Shown piece by piece: positions 9,718 through 18,765 of a stretch of 26,881 bases of DNA; positions within the stretch are counted from its first letter, which is position 1; each line of letters starts with the position of its first letter. The DNA comes from an uncultured Lachnospiraceae bacterium (GTDB taxonomy: Bacteria > Bacillota > Clostridia > Lachnospirales > Lachnospiraceae). The notes beneath the pieces were generated by a model, which saw only the letters and a program-made list of their open reading frames with translations, made no database searches and had not been told where the DNA came from. The stretch is from positions 1 through 26,881 of the forward strand of contig CAZAKD010000001.1 of the NCBI GenBank assembly GCA_964485435.1, read 5' to 3'. The translations under genes were made by a program, and so were the position numbers.

Positions 9718-9770
9718 AAATCCCTCTATGTCTGAATAATATTAATATATCAGACAAGGAGGGATTTTTT
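9718..9770 (+). terminator. Hairpin plus T-tract after veg that also covers the sipL RBS
   Basis: AAATCCCTC/GAGGGATTT and TGTCTGA/TCAGACA stems; T6 at 9765-9770; GTG start at 9771. Confidence 0.7.
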
Positions 9771-11336
9771 GTGGAGTTAATTAAGAAAAATGTTCATATG
9801 AATAAATTAAAGTGCAAGACAGATATTCAACTTACTTTTGATGATGATTTTAATGTACCAGATATAAAACCAGACATTTACAAGATAATAAAAGAACAAA
9901 GTGAGATTCATATTAGCGAGGCAAAGGCAAGCAACGGAAAGATCATGATGAGAGGAGCTTTGAGATTTAACATCCTATACTTATCTGAAGATGATATGCC
10001 GAGTTTACATAATATGATGGGTGAAATTATGTTTGAAGAACTGGTAAACATGGATAATATAAGTGATCAAGACATAGTAGAGGTAAAATGGGATATTGAA
10101 GATTTAAATACTAGTTTAATTAACTCTAGAAAGATAAGTGTGAAATCTATTGTTTGCTTTACTTTCTACATAGAAGATATATATGATGAAGAAACCGCAG
10201 TAGCATTAGAAGGTGACGAAAGCGTACAGTATCAGAATAAAAGGATTGATATCACTCAGCTTGCAGTAAATAAAAAAGATACACTACGTATTAAGGACGA
10301 GGTTATTTTGCCTTCCAGTAAACCAAACATATTTGAATTATTGTATTACGACATGACTTTAAGAAATACGGAAGAGAGATTTCTCCATGATAAGATGAAT
10401 ATTAAAGGAGAGATTGGAATATTTTTATTGTACGTAGGAGAAGAGGACAATGTGATACAGTATTATGAATCAGAGGTTCCTTTTAGTGAAGTAATAGATT
10501 GCAGTGGTTGTACTGAGGATATGATACCTGATGTAGACATAAGAATCCAAGGTAAAGAGATGGAGATTCGCCCTGATTCAGACGGGGAAGAACGAATTTT
10601 GGGTATAGAGTTAGTATTGGATTTATTTATTAAGGGTTATGAGGATGAAGAGATAGAGATTCTAAAAGATATGTATTCAACGAACAAAGAGCTGATAAAA
10701 ATACCAGGGGAAGCTCAATATGAACGATTGTTAGTGAAAAATCATAGTAAGAATAGAGTAGTGGATCAAGTTAGGCTTGGAAGTAACGAACCAAGAATTT
10801 TGCAGATAAATAATGCTTCTGGCTCCATTAAAGTAGATGATATTATATTAGCTGAAAATGGGGTTGAGGTAAATGGAATCATTGAGACTCAGATTCTATA
10901 TCTAACAGATGATGATAGAATACCAGTAAACTCTTTAAGGAGTGTAATACCATTTACTCAAATGATAGAAGCTAGAGGTATTAATGAGAAGAGTAGGTAT
11001 CAAGTAAAACCTAGCATAGAGCAGATCAGTGTGACGATGTTAGACAGTGAAGAGATAGAAATAAAAGCGACAGTAAATCTAAGCATAATTGTTTTTGATT
11101 CTATTGTAGAACCAATTATTACAGATATGAGAGTAGAAGAGATAGATTTAAATACGCTTCAAAATATGCCAAGTATAATTGGCTATATTGTAAAGGCTGG
11201 GGATACTTTGTGGAAGATTGCAAAGAAATACTACACAACTGTGGATACCTTACGTGAAATGAATGACATAGTAAAAGAAGATGTTATACCAGGAGATAAA
11301 ATACTTATTCTTAAAAAAATTGATGGTATTATATAA
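9771..11336 (+). CDS. sipL: SPOCS (DUF3794) repeat plus LysM spore-coat morphogenetic protein, SipL/SpoVID-like
   Basis: Three similar blocks (DFNVPDIKPDI; EVILPSSKPNI; QVRLGSNEPRI) and C-terminal LysM (YIVKAGDTLWKIAKKY); veg-sipL-ispE order as in clostridia. Confidence 0.85.
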   Translation: MELIKKNVHMNKLKCKTDIQLTFDDDFNVPDIKPDIYKIIKEQSEIHISEAKASNGKIMMRGALRFNILYLSEDDMPSLHNMMGEIMFEELVNMDNISDQDIVEVKWDIEDLNTSLINSRKISVKSIVCFTFYIEDIYDEETAVALEGDESVQYQNKRIDITQLAVNKKDTLRIKDEVILPSSKPNIFELLYYDMTLRNTEERFLHDKMNIKGEIGIFLLYVGEEDNVIQYYESEVPFSEVIDCSGCTEDMIPDVDIRIQGKEMEIRPDSDGEERILGIELVLDLFIKGYEDEEIEILKDMYSTNKELIKIPGEAQYERLLVKNHSKNRVVDQVRLGSNEPRILQINNASGSIKVDDIILAENGVEVNGIIETQILYLTDDDRIPVNSLRSVIPFTQMIEARGINEKSRYQVKPSIEQISVTMLDSEEIEIKATVNLSIIVFDSIVEPIITDMRVEEIDLNTLQNMPSIIGYIVKAGDTLWKIAKKYYTTVDTLREMNDIVKEDVIPGDKILILKKIDGII

Positions 11337-11342
11337 AAATAA

Positions 11343-11390
11343 TAATAGTTGGTGTCCTGGTATATTCATTATCTAGGATACCAACTATTA
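11343..11390. terminator. Probable bidirectional terminator between convergent genes
   Basis: TAATAGTTGGTGTCCTGG ... CTAGGATACCAACTATTA, a long stem with two G-U pairs. Confidence 0.75.
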
Positions 11391-11406
11391 CATTATATGA
11401 AGTCAA

Positions 11407-12000
11407 TTATTCAGTAGTATTGCCCATCCAGTCATCGAATAAAGCGATGGTTGCATCATAAGTCTTTTGTGAGATCTCTGGAAGTTGTCCACCCCAGGCT
11501 TTTTTTGCATCCTCGTATCCTTTGATGAACGCTTCCTTCATCTCCTTGGCCTTACTTGGGTCGCCTCCTGTAAGAGCCTTAGCAAAAGAGAACATTCTTT
11601 CTGAGGTTTGTTTAACACCCCAATACCCATCTTCAGCAATATCTTTCTGGGCCTGAGCAGCAGTTTCAGGATCTACTTTAACTTTACCTTCTCTAAGTAA
11701 AGAATAGATATCCGTTGCCTTAGTAATCTTTTCTCCTTGCTCTAATAATAATTTCTCTACTAGATTTCTTAATTGCTGGGTATGACGTTCAGCATCTGCT
11801 TTTAGTTGATCAATTGTTGCTGTATCCGGTTTGTAAGTCTTTTTTGAAGAGTTAGTAGAGGCTTCTACACTTGGTTCATATATAGCAGCAACCTCATGTG
11901 AAGAGGCTTTATTGTCAACATGTTTCTTATCAGTAGAATTATTTGCGTGTTTATTATCTTGGTAAGAAGATACTCCATTGGTTACTCCGTTTAGATTCAT
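11407..12000 (-). CDS. Conserved hypothetical protein (DUF5610-like by recollection, unverified)
   Basis: 197 aa with strong RBS AAGGAGGA; low-complexity N-terminus; C-terminal GYWGVKQTSERMFSFAKALTGGDP motif. Confidence 0.8.
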   Translation of the reverse strand: MNLNGVTNGVSSYQDNKHANNSTDKKHVDNKASSHEVAAIYEPSVEASTNSSKKTYKPDTATIDQLKADAERHTQQLRNLVEKLLLEQGEKITKATDIYSLLREGKVKVDPETAAQAQKDIAEDGYWGVKQTSERMFSFAKALTGGDPSKAKEMKEAFIKGYEDAKKAWGGQLPEISQKTYDATIALFDDWMGNTTE

Positions 12001-12071
12001 ATAATTATCCTCCTTGACATATTAACATCCTTGTTTAGTTTTCTAGATACTATAGATACTTTATACAACAT

Positions 12072-12099
12072 ACATCGGCAAAAACAAGGAAAGATATTA
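12072..12099 (-). promoter_or_regulatory. SigD (FliA)-like promoter for the 11407-12000 gene
   Basis: Minus strand TAAT, 16 nt, GCCGATGT, against consensus TAAA-N14-16-GCCGATAT. Confidence 0.6.
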
Positions 12100-12111
12100 T
12101 AGCTAAAAATC

Positions 12112-12140
12112 TTGCAAATGAATAATACTATGTGTATAAT
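12112..12140 (+). promoter_or_regulatory. SigA promoter for ispE-gntR
   Basis: TTGCAA, 17 nt, TATAAT. Confidence 0.75.
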
Positions 12141-12172
12141 GGATTGTATACAAGATACAAGGAGCAAATAAG

Positions 12173-13051
12173 ATGATGAATGAGATAAAGTTACGTGCTT
12201 ATGCAAAAATTAATCTTGGGCTTGATGTAGTCAGAAGAAGAGAAGACGGTTATCATGAAGTCAGAATGATTATGCAGACAATTCGTCTCTATGATCAGAT
12301 AATTATGAGAAAGATAGAGAAAGATGAGATACGATTAAAGTCCAATCTTCACTATCTTCCTAATAATGAAAAAAACCTTGTATATCAAGCGGTAAAGATG
12401 CTTAAGGAGGAGTTTCACCTTCAAGGAGGCTTAGATGTGGATCTAGATAAAAGGATCCCTGTAGCAGCTGGCATGGCAGGAGGAAGCTCAGATGCAGCCG
12501 CCGCCCTAGTAGGAATGAATCGACTATTTAAGTTGGGCTTATCCAAAAAAGATTTAATGAAAAGAGGAGTTAAGCTTGGGGCAGATGTCCCTTACTGCAT
12601 CCTTCGGGGTACGGCGCTATCAGAAGGTATTGGTGAGATATTAACTCCATTGCCACCGACACCACAATGCTATGTGGTTATTGCAAAACCAGGGATTAGT
12701 GTATCTACAAATTATGTGTACGGTAATCTTAAGATAACAAAGGATACAATTCATCCTGATATTGACGGTATGATTTGTGATATAAAGAATAAAGATTTAC
12801 ATGGCATGATTGGAAAGTTAGGCAATGTATTAGAATTGGTTACGACAAAAGAATATCCAGTGATTGAGAAAATCAAACAAGAACTAATAAATCAAGGTGC
12901 CCTTGGTTCGCTTATGAGTGGAAGTGGACCAACGGTCTTTGGATTATTTGATAATAAAGAAAAAGCAACTGAAGCATTTTTGCATTTGAAAGATTCTAAT
13001 CTAGCAAAGCAAGTGTATGTAACAGAGTTTTTTAATTATAAAAGGGGATGA
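12173..13051 (+). CDS. ispE: 4-diphosphocytidyl-2-C-methyl-D-erythritol kinase
   Basis: AYAKINLGLDV, IPVAAGMAGGSSDAAA, LGADVP and MSGSGPTVF. Confidence 0.97.
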   Translation: MMNEIKLRAYAKINLGLDVVRRREDGYHEVRMIMQTIRLYDQIIMRKIEKDEIRLKSNLHYLPNNEKNLVYQAVKMLKEEFHLQGGLDVDLDKRIPVAAGMAGGSSDAAAALVGMNRLFKLGLSKKDLMKRGVKLGADVPYCILRGTALSEGIGEILTPLPPTPQCYVVIAKPGISVSTNYVYGNLKITKDTIHPDIDGMICDIKNKDLHGMIGKLGNVLELVTTKEYPVIEKIKQELINQGALGSLMSGSGPTVFGLFDNKEKATEAFLHLKDSNLAKQVYVTEFFNYKRG

Positions 13052-13731
13052 AAAGCATGGATGACACTTTGAAGGTTAATATTAATGAATATCTTCCACT
13101 TCGTGACGTAGTATTTAATACATTGAGACAAGCTATTATAAAAGGGGAGCTTGAGCCAGGAGAACGACTGATGGAGATACAGTTGGCGGAAAGACTAGGG
13201 GTTAGTAGAACTCCAATTCGTGAAGCAATTCGAAAGTTGGAATTAGAAGGCCTTGTGGTTATGATTCCAAGAAAGGGAGCAGAAGTAGCTGAGATTACAG
13301 AGAAAGATTTAAAGGATGTATTAGAAGTTAGATGTGCTTTAGAAGGACTAGCAGTGGAATTGGCATGTAAGTACATAACAGAGGATGGTTTAAATGACCT
13401 TCGCAAGAATCTGGATGAATTTAAAGAAGCTATTAAAGGTGATGACGTAACTCATCTTGCTGAAAAGGATGTTGCTTTTCATGATATCATATTTGCATCA
13501 ACGAAAAACGAAAGATTGATTCAGTTATTAAATAATCTCCGTGAGCAAATGTATCGATATCGCGTGGAATATTTAAAAGATCCTGAAACTCATGAACAAC
13601 TGGTAAGAGAACATGAAGAGATTATTAAAAATCTAGCAGAAAGAAAATGTGAAGAAGCCAAGGGTCATATAACTACTCATATATATAATCAGGTTACTAC
13701 AGTAAGTAAAAATATTCAGAAGTTACAATAA
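13048..13731 (+). CDS. GntR family (FCD-type) transcriptional regulator
   Basis: wHTH ERLMEIQLAERLGVSRTPIREAIRKLE; FCD-type His residues (FHDII, EHEEI); ATGA overlap with ispE. Confidence 0.93.
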   Translation: MKSMDDTLKVNINEYLPLRDVVFNTLRQAIIKGELEPGERLMEIQLAERLGVSRTPIREAIRKLELEGLVVMIPRKGAEVAEITEKDLKDVLEVRCALEGLAVELACKYITEDGLNDLRKNLDEFKEAIKGDDVTHLAEKDVAFHDIIFASTKNERLIQLLNNLREQMYRYRVEYLKDPETHEQLVREHEEIIKNLAERKCEEAKGHITTHIYNQVTTVSKNIQKLQ

Positions 13732-13742
13732 AAATAAAAAAG

Positions 13743-13784
13743 AAAACACTCCAAAGTGGATAGATTCCTCTTTGGAGTGTTTTT
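13743..13784 (+). terminator. Intrinsic terminator after gntR
   Basis: AAAACACTCCAAAG ... CTTTGGAGTGTTTTT, 14-bp stem. Confidence 0.85.
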
Positions 13785-13797
13785 GATTACAATATGT

Positions 13798-13827
13798 GTA
13801 TATTTCATTAGACGGCTGGAAACAATA
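13798..13827 (+). promoter_or_regulatory. Forespore SigF(/SigG)-type promoter for the ger operon
   Basis: GTATA, 15 nt, GGAAACAATA; exact fit to GYATA-N15-GGnnAnAHTR. Confidence 0.75.
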
Positions 13828-13857
13828 TAAAGAAAATAAAGTGATTGGAGAAACTTG

Positions 13858-15372
13858 ATGAAAAATATGCATGATCAAAACAATGTGATTATTGTTCCCA
13901 TAACTTCCAATCTTCAAGAAAACATAGATGCTTATGAAGTTATATTTGACAAATGTGCTGACGTGGTGAAAAGAAAGTTTACCATTGGAGAAGATAATAC
14001 AGTAGACATCTATCTATCATATATAGATCTTCTTATTGATAGGGACCTTTTAGAAGAACATACGATAGAAAGTCTTGTTCGTAATACAAATCATATACCA
14101 CCCAATGAACAATTTGAGTATATATATAATCATGGATTTCAGACAGCTGATGTTGCGATACTATATACTATGGAGGATATAGTCCAAGCAGTATTATCAG
14201 GTGACGCAATTCTCATGGTTGAAAATAGTAAGCTTGCCATTAAAGTAGCTATTCGAGGTTACCCTGGAAGGGGAGTATCAGAAGCAGATACAGAGGTAAC
14301 GATTCGAGGTGCCAAGGATTCATTTACGGAGAGTATGGCAATTAATAAAGTACTGATACGACGCAGAATCCGGGACAGTAAATTAAAAGTAGAGCAAGTA
14401 AAAGTTGGATTAAGAAGCAGAACAGATATTGGAATTATGTATATTAGTGATATTGCAGAAGATAATTTAGTTAAAGATATAAAAGATAGACTGGCTCAGT
14501 TTGATATAGATGGAGTTCTAGATAGTGGAATGATCGAACAGTTAACAGAGGGTCAGTGGAATTCTCCCTTTCCCCAATACCAGTCAAGTATTAGGCCTGA
14601 TAAGATTGCTTCAGGTATATTAGAAGGAAGGATTGCGGTACTTGTTGATAATAGTCCATATGTTCTTCTACTTCCAACCACTGTAAATTCATTTTTTCAA
14701 GCTGCAGATGATTACTATACTAGATGGGAAATAGCAAGTTTTACACGGCTATTGCGCTATATAGCAGCCATAATATCAATAGTGCTACCTGGTTTATACA
14801 TCGCAATAGCCAATTATCAATCAGAGATGATTCCTACTTCTTTGGTGCTTTCCCTAGCAGCAGCAAGAGAGGGGGTTCCCTTTACAGTTGTATGGGAAGT
14901 CATTATTATGGAGATTGCATTTGAACTACTGAAGGAGGCGGGAATTAGGCTTCCGGGCCCTATGGGAAGCACGATCGGTATTATTGGTGGACTAATTATA
15001 GGGGATGCAGCAGTAAGTGCGAATATTGTAAGTCCTATTATTGTAATCATTGTTGCTTTAACGGCAGTAGCTTCATTCGCTATTCCAAATGAGACCTTTG
15101 CCACCGCATTTCGTATTACTCGTTACCTACTAATAATTTTATCAGCTTGGTTTGGAATCTATGGACTGATTAGTGGAATTGTAATAACTTTGATACATCT
15201 ATCAAGCTTAGAAAGCTTTGGAATACCTTATCTCATGCCTTTTGTAGCCTCAGGAATGGAAGGTGGGGAAGATTCTCGTGATGGATTAATTAGATTTCCA
15301 ACAAAGAAATTGTATAAAAGACCAATATACTCAAAGCAAGAAGAAAAAATAAGGTTTAAACAAAAAGAATAG
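13858..15372 (+). CDS. GerA-family spore germination receptor subunit A
   Basis: FTESMAINKVLIRRRI, SPFPQ, EGRIAVLVDNSP, AREGVPF, EAGIRLP and SFGIPYL. Start set at ATG 13858. Confidence 0.95.
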   Translation: MKNMHDQNNVIIVPITSNLQENIDAYEVIFDKCADVVKRKFTIGEDNTVDIYLSYIDLLIDRDLLEEHTIESLVRNTNHIPPNEQFEYIYNHGFQTADVAILYTMEDIVQAVLSGDAILMVENSKLAIKVAIRGYPGRGVSEADTEVTIRGAKDSFTESMAINKVLIRRRIRDSKLKVEQVKVGLRSRTDIGIMYISDIAEDNLVKDIKDRLAQFDIDGVLDSGMIEQLTEGQWNSPFPQYQSSIRPDKIASGILEGRIAVLVDNSPYVLLLPTTVNSFFQAADDYYTRWEIASFTRLLRYIAAIISIVLPGLYIAIANYQSEMIPTSLVLSLAAAREGVPFTVVWEVIIMEIAFELLKEAGIRLPGPMGSTIGIIGGLIIGDAAVSANIVSPIIVIIVALTAVASFAIPNETFATAFRITRYLLIILSAWFGIYGLISGIVITLIHLSSLESFGIPYLMPFVASGMEGGEDSRDGLIRFPTKKLYKRPIYSKQEEKIRFKQKE

Positions 15373-15388
15373 AAGGATTGGTGAAAAA

Positions 15389-16474
15389 GTGTTTTCAACA
15401 AATCAAAAAATATCTAGACGACAAGTAAAAAGAATGCTAATACTTGATATGTTTAGTGTATCATTTTTAATGATACCCTATATAGCAGTGAGAGGTAATG
15501 GGGAAAAGGGATTGATATCCTTGATTATCGGTTGTATCTTTGCAATTATCTATGGAACTATAATGTATTATTGTGGCCGGCAACTTCAAGGAGAGAGTTA
15601 TATGTCTTATTCCAGAAAATCAATTGGAAGAATAGGCACAATTTTATTTGGTATCCTTTATTTTATAAAGTTTTTAATGGTATATTTGTTTGCTGTTACA
15701 CTTTTTATATATATTGTTGGCCATACACTTTTAATGGAGACCAATCCTAAGGTTATATTAGTTACATTGCTCATATTGTCTGGGTATGGGGGAATACAGG
15801 AGTTACAGAAGAAAGCTAGATTCGCTGAATGTATCTATTATATTGTGCTCGTCCCCATTGTAATCTATCTATTACTTGGAATCTTTCGCGTAGATGTTGC
15901 TAACTTGATGATGCCAGGTATAGAATCAAGTCTAATGGGAGAAGACTTTTTCGTAAAGAGTGAGAATAATCTAATATGGAGTAGTTATCTCACATTATTA
16001 CCATTTACAGCACTGGAAACAATACTATTCATACTACCATCTGTAAATAAAGAGAAACAAAAACGTGGGATATATCAATATATACTTTGGGGCGTAATTA
16101 TTATTGGCGTATTAAATATATTTATATATTGTATCACAGTAGGAATATTAGGTGTAGGTGAGACAGGTAATACCTTGTGGGGAACTGTAACCATTATGAC
16201 CCTTATAGAGTTGCCTGGGGATTTGTTAAATAGGAAGGATGGAGCTTCGAAACAAGGGAAAAGAAAAGCTGCAATAGGAATATTCCTACTAGTTCTTATT
16301 TATTTTGGATATGGATATATATCAAGTGTTGAAGAAGCATTTGTGAAATTCGGAGAGTATTTTGCATATATTGGATTACCACAGTCTGTATTGATTCCTC
16401 TATTCTTACTATTTATATGGAAGGTCAGTGGTAAGAATAAGCATGTAAATTTGAAGGAGGAACAGACGCTATGA
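15389..16474 (+). CDS. GerB-family (APC fold) germination receptor subunit B, possibly missing one TM segment
   Basis: Hydrophobic multi-TM protein between the A and C subunits; KISRRQ N-terminus; ELPGDLLNRKD. Confidence 0.85.
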   Translation: MFSTNQKISRRQVKRMLILDMFSVSFLMIPYIAVRGNGEKGLISLIIGCIFAIIYGTIMYYCGRQLQGESYMSYSRKSIGRIGTILFGILYFIKFLMVYLFAVTLFIYIVGHTLLMETNPKVILVTLLILSGYGGIQELQKKARFAECIYYIVLVPIVIYLLLGIFRVDVANLMMPGIESSLMGEDFFVKSENNLIWSSYLTLLPFTALETILFILPSVNKEKQKRGIYQYILWGVIIIGVLNIFIYCITVGILGVGETGNTLWGTVTIMTLIELPGDLLNRKDGASKQGKRKAAIGIFLLVLIYFGYGYISSVEEAFVKFGEYFAYIGLPQSVLIPLFLLFIWKVSGKNKHVNLKEEQTL

Positions 16475-17526
16475 GGCATGGAGTATTAGTTATATTACTC
16501 GTTATCATATCATTCTTCCTAACTGGATGTAATGATATGACTCAAATTGAAGATAGGGATTTTGTGCTAGCTATGGGAATAGGTCTAGAACAGGAAGATT
16601 ATAAGATAACTTATTCAAGGCCAGACCTAAGCGCATTAACCGGGCAACCAGTAGGAGAAGATGAACAATTCTTTGTAACTTATACTGGATATAATATATC
16701 AGACGTTGAAAAGGAATATGCAAGAAATTTTGACAAGAAGCTGGACTTGAGACATCTAAAAGTAATCATTTTGGACTTAAGCATAGCAAATAACGAAGGA
16801 AAACTTGAAGAATTATTATCATATTTAGAGAAAAAGTATGAAGTATCTCGCAATACTTTGGTTTTTTTTACGATGGGTAAAGCGGATGCTCTTCTTGAGC
16901 TAGATAAAAATAGAAGTGGAAGCATAGGAGAAAATCTAGAACAACTTTATAAGAACAATCCTGATTATAAGGATGTTCATAAAACTACCATAGGTGACTT
17001 CATTAATGGAAAATATCAGTTAGAAAAAACTCACGTCATTCCAAATCTAGAGGTGGTAGATAAAGGAATATCTTTATCAGGAGTAGCTTTGTTCTCAAAA
17101 AACAAGTATGTTACATTGGTTAGGGATGAGGAGTATATGTACCTAACATTTACAGTTGGTAAAGGTAAAGGACAGAATATTACTATAGAAAATAATCAAG
17201 TAATCCATATGAAAGAAATAAAGTCTAATATTACTTATGCTTTAAAGAATCGTAAGCCATTTATTGTGGTTAAAGTAGTAGGTAGGGGGGAAAGTCTAAA
17301 AACAGGCTTATATGTGGACTCTTACAGGTTGTTGAATAAAGAAATGAAAGGAAAGATAGAAACGATATGTAAACAACTAATAAAAGAAAAAAAAGTAGAC
17401 TTTCTTAATCTTTATCGTAAGTCAATCTATAGAGACAGGGAGATGTGGGACCTCTATAAAGGGAATCTGGAGGCTTTTATAGAGGATCTAACGGTGCATA
17501 TTATCACTGACATTACCGTTGATTAG
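16471..17526 (+). CDS. Ger(x)C-family germination lipoprotein
   Basis: Lipobox FLTGC, then NDMTQIEDRDFVLAMGI and LDLRHLKVII; ATGA overlap with subunit B. Confidence 0.9.
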   Translation: MRHGVLVILLVIISFFLTGCNDMTQIEDRDFVLAMGIGLEQEDYKITYSRPDLSALTGQPVGEDEQFFVTYTGYNISDVEKEYARNFDKKLDLRHLKVIILDLSIANNEGKLEELLSYLEKKYEVSRNTLVFFTMGKADALLELDKNRSGSIGENLEQLYKNNPDYKDVHKTTIGDFINGKYQLEKTHVIPNLEVVDKGISLSGVALFSKNKYVTLVRDEEYMYLTFTVGKGKGQNITIENNQVIHMKEIKSNITYALKNRKPFIVVKVVGRGESLKTGLYVDSYRLLNKEMKGKIETICKQLIKEKKVDFLNLYRKSIYRDREMWDLYKGNLEAFIEDLTVHIITDITVD

Positions 17527-17546
17527 TTAGAGGTCCACCCTGAGTA

Positions 17547-18260
17547 TTAGTTTTCTATTAGATTGTTTATCTGTTCAAGATCAGCTTCATGAAAGGAATA
17601 CCATTGGTTGTTGTAGTTTAGAGAGGTATCTATTAGAAGAATGGTGTCTTCTTGACCATTGGTAAAGGTAAGCGTGATGCTTAGTCCTGAAGTACCGGAC
17701 TCTTTATTCTCTGTGATTGGGGTTAGAACCATAGTATTTAGATATTCGATAAGCATTGCTTTCTTATCGGGACTATCCAGAAGTATAGAGGTATTATTAT
17801 CTTCTAGTTTTGTAACTGAGATTGTATCAATGAGCTGTGAATCAAAATATAATGGACTTTCATTTAACATAGTGGATTCTAAAGTGGCCATTGAAACATC
17901 GTTTGTAAGATTATCTTGCTTTTTCCTGGCTTCTTCAGGGATGAAGGAATCTTCCTGTGCTACATAGGTATCTTGGACAGAATCTATAGTAGCAGTGCTA
18001 TCCACTGAATTGCCTAATTTATGATTACCTAACTCTAGGACCTTGCTCATGAAAAATATAAATAAAACACAGGAAGCAATACTTCCTAATGGAAGGAGAA
18101 CTTTTTGATAACTACTCTTAAAGTCTCTTTTTATTTGGATTCTATCATTAAAATCTTGGGTTTGGGAACATTCTAACATTTTAAGTTTTAACGACTCTAA
18201 GAGTTGTTGATCTGGTTTGATATATTCATTATCTAATATGTATTTTTCCTTAAACATCAA
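17547..18260 (-). CDS. Putative single-TM anti-sigma factor
   Basis: Start overlaps the ECF sigma stop; short cytoplasmic N-terminus, one TM (VLLPLGSIASCVLFIFFM), extracytoplasmic C-terminus. ATG 18257 is an alternative start. Confidence 0.7.
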   Translation of the reverse strand: MMFKEKYILDNEYIKPDQQLLESLKLKMLECSQTQDFNDRIQIKRDFKSSYQKVLLPLGSIASCVLFIFFMSKVLELGNHKLGNSVDSTATIDSVQDTYVAQEDSFIPEEARKKQDNLTNDVSMATLESTMLNESPLYFDSQLIDTISVTKLEDNNTSILLDSPDKKAMLIEYLNTMVLTPITENKESGTSGLSITLTFTNGQEDTILLIDTSLNYNNQWYSFHEADLEQINNLIEN

Positions 18261-18741
18261 AATCCTCTCCTTTCAATGCAGTGTGTAGAAGTTTTCTGGC
18301 TCGATGAAGATGAGATTTAATGGTTGACTCTTTTATCTCAAGCAAAGTACCTATCTGAGCAATGGATAAACCCTCATAGTAAAATAGATGGATTACAGTT
18401 CTATATTTTGTGGGAAGTTTTAACACTTCATAGTAGACCTCACTTTTTTCTTCAATGGTTGTATAGAGAGTATCTGGAATCTGGACTGTCTTACGAAACC
18501 ATGCAGATGTTAATAAGGTTTTACTTGTATGAATGGTTGTCCGAATCAACCAGGCCTTGCGATGTTCCTCAGAAGCATAATCTACATTATATTTTATATA
18601 TTTCATAAAAACATCTTGTAGAATATCGTCTGCATCATATTTATTCTTAGTTCTAGAGAAGGCAATGCGATATACCATATTTGAATATTTCTCAAGAACT
18701 TTTTCAATGGAATCTTCTGTATATAAATATGGTTCTGTCAT
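18250..18741 (-). CDS. ECF sigma-70 factor, SigV/ECF30-like
   Basis: 163 aa; region 2 DADDILQDVF and EEHRKAWLIR; region 4 LFYYEGLSIAQI...STIKSHLHRAR; RBS AAAGGAGG. Confidence 0.92.
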   Translation of the reverse strand: MTEPYLYTEDSIEKVLEKYSNMVYRIAFSRTKNKYDADDILQDVFMKYIKYNVDYASEEHRKAWLIRTTIHTSKTLLTSAWFRKTVQIPDTLYTTIEEKSEVYYEVLKLPTKYRTVIHLFYYEGLSIAQIGTLLEIKESTIKSHLHRARKLLHTALKGEDFDV

Positions 18742-18765
18742 ATGTAATCCTCCTTTCTCTTACAA

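Noticed and set aside
11997-12206. 69-aa minus ORF across the divergent promoter region
   Set aside because: No RBS, overlaps the ispE start and both promoters.
13032-13406. 124-aa antisense ORF over gntR
   Set aside because: Ser-rich mirror frame with no independent signals.
14724-15750. Alternative-frame and antisense ORFs inside gerA/gerB
   Set aside because: Fully nested in intact genes, with no RBS or family motifs.
17659-18608. Plus-strand ORFs of 102 aa and 94 aa opposite the anti-sigma and sigma genes
   Set aside because: Antisense shadows; the minus-strand genes have clear motifs and RBS.
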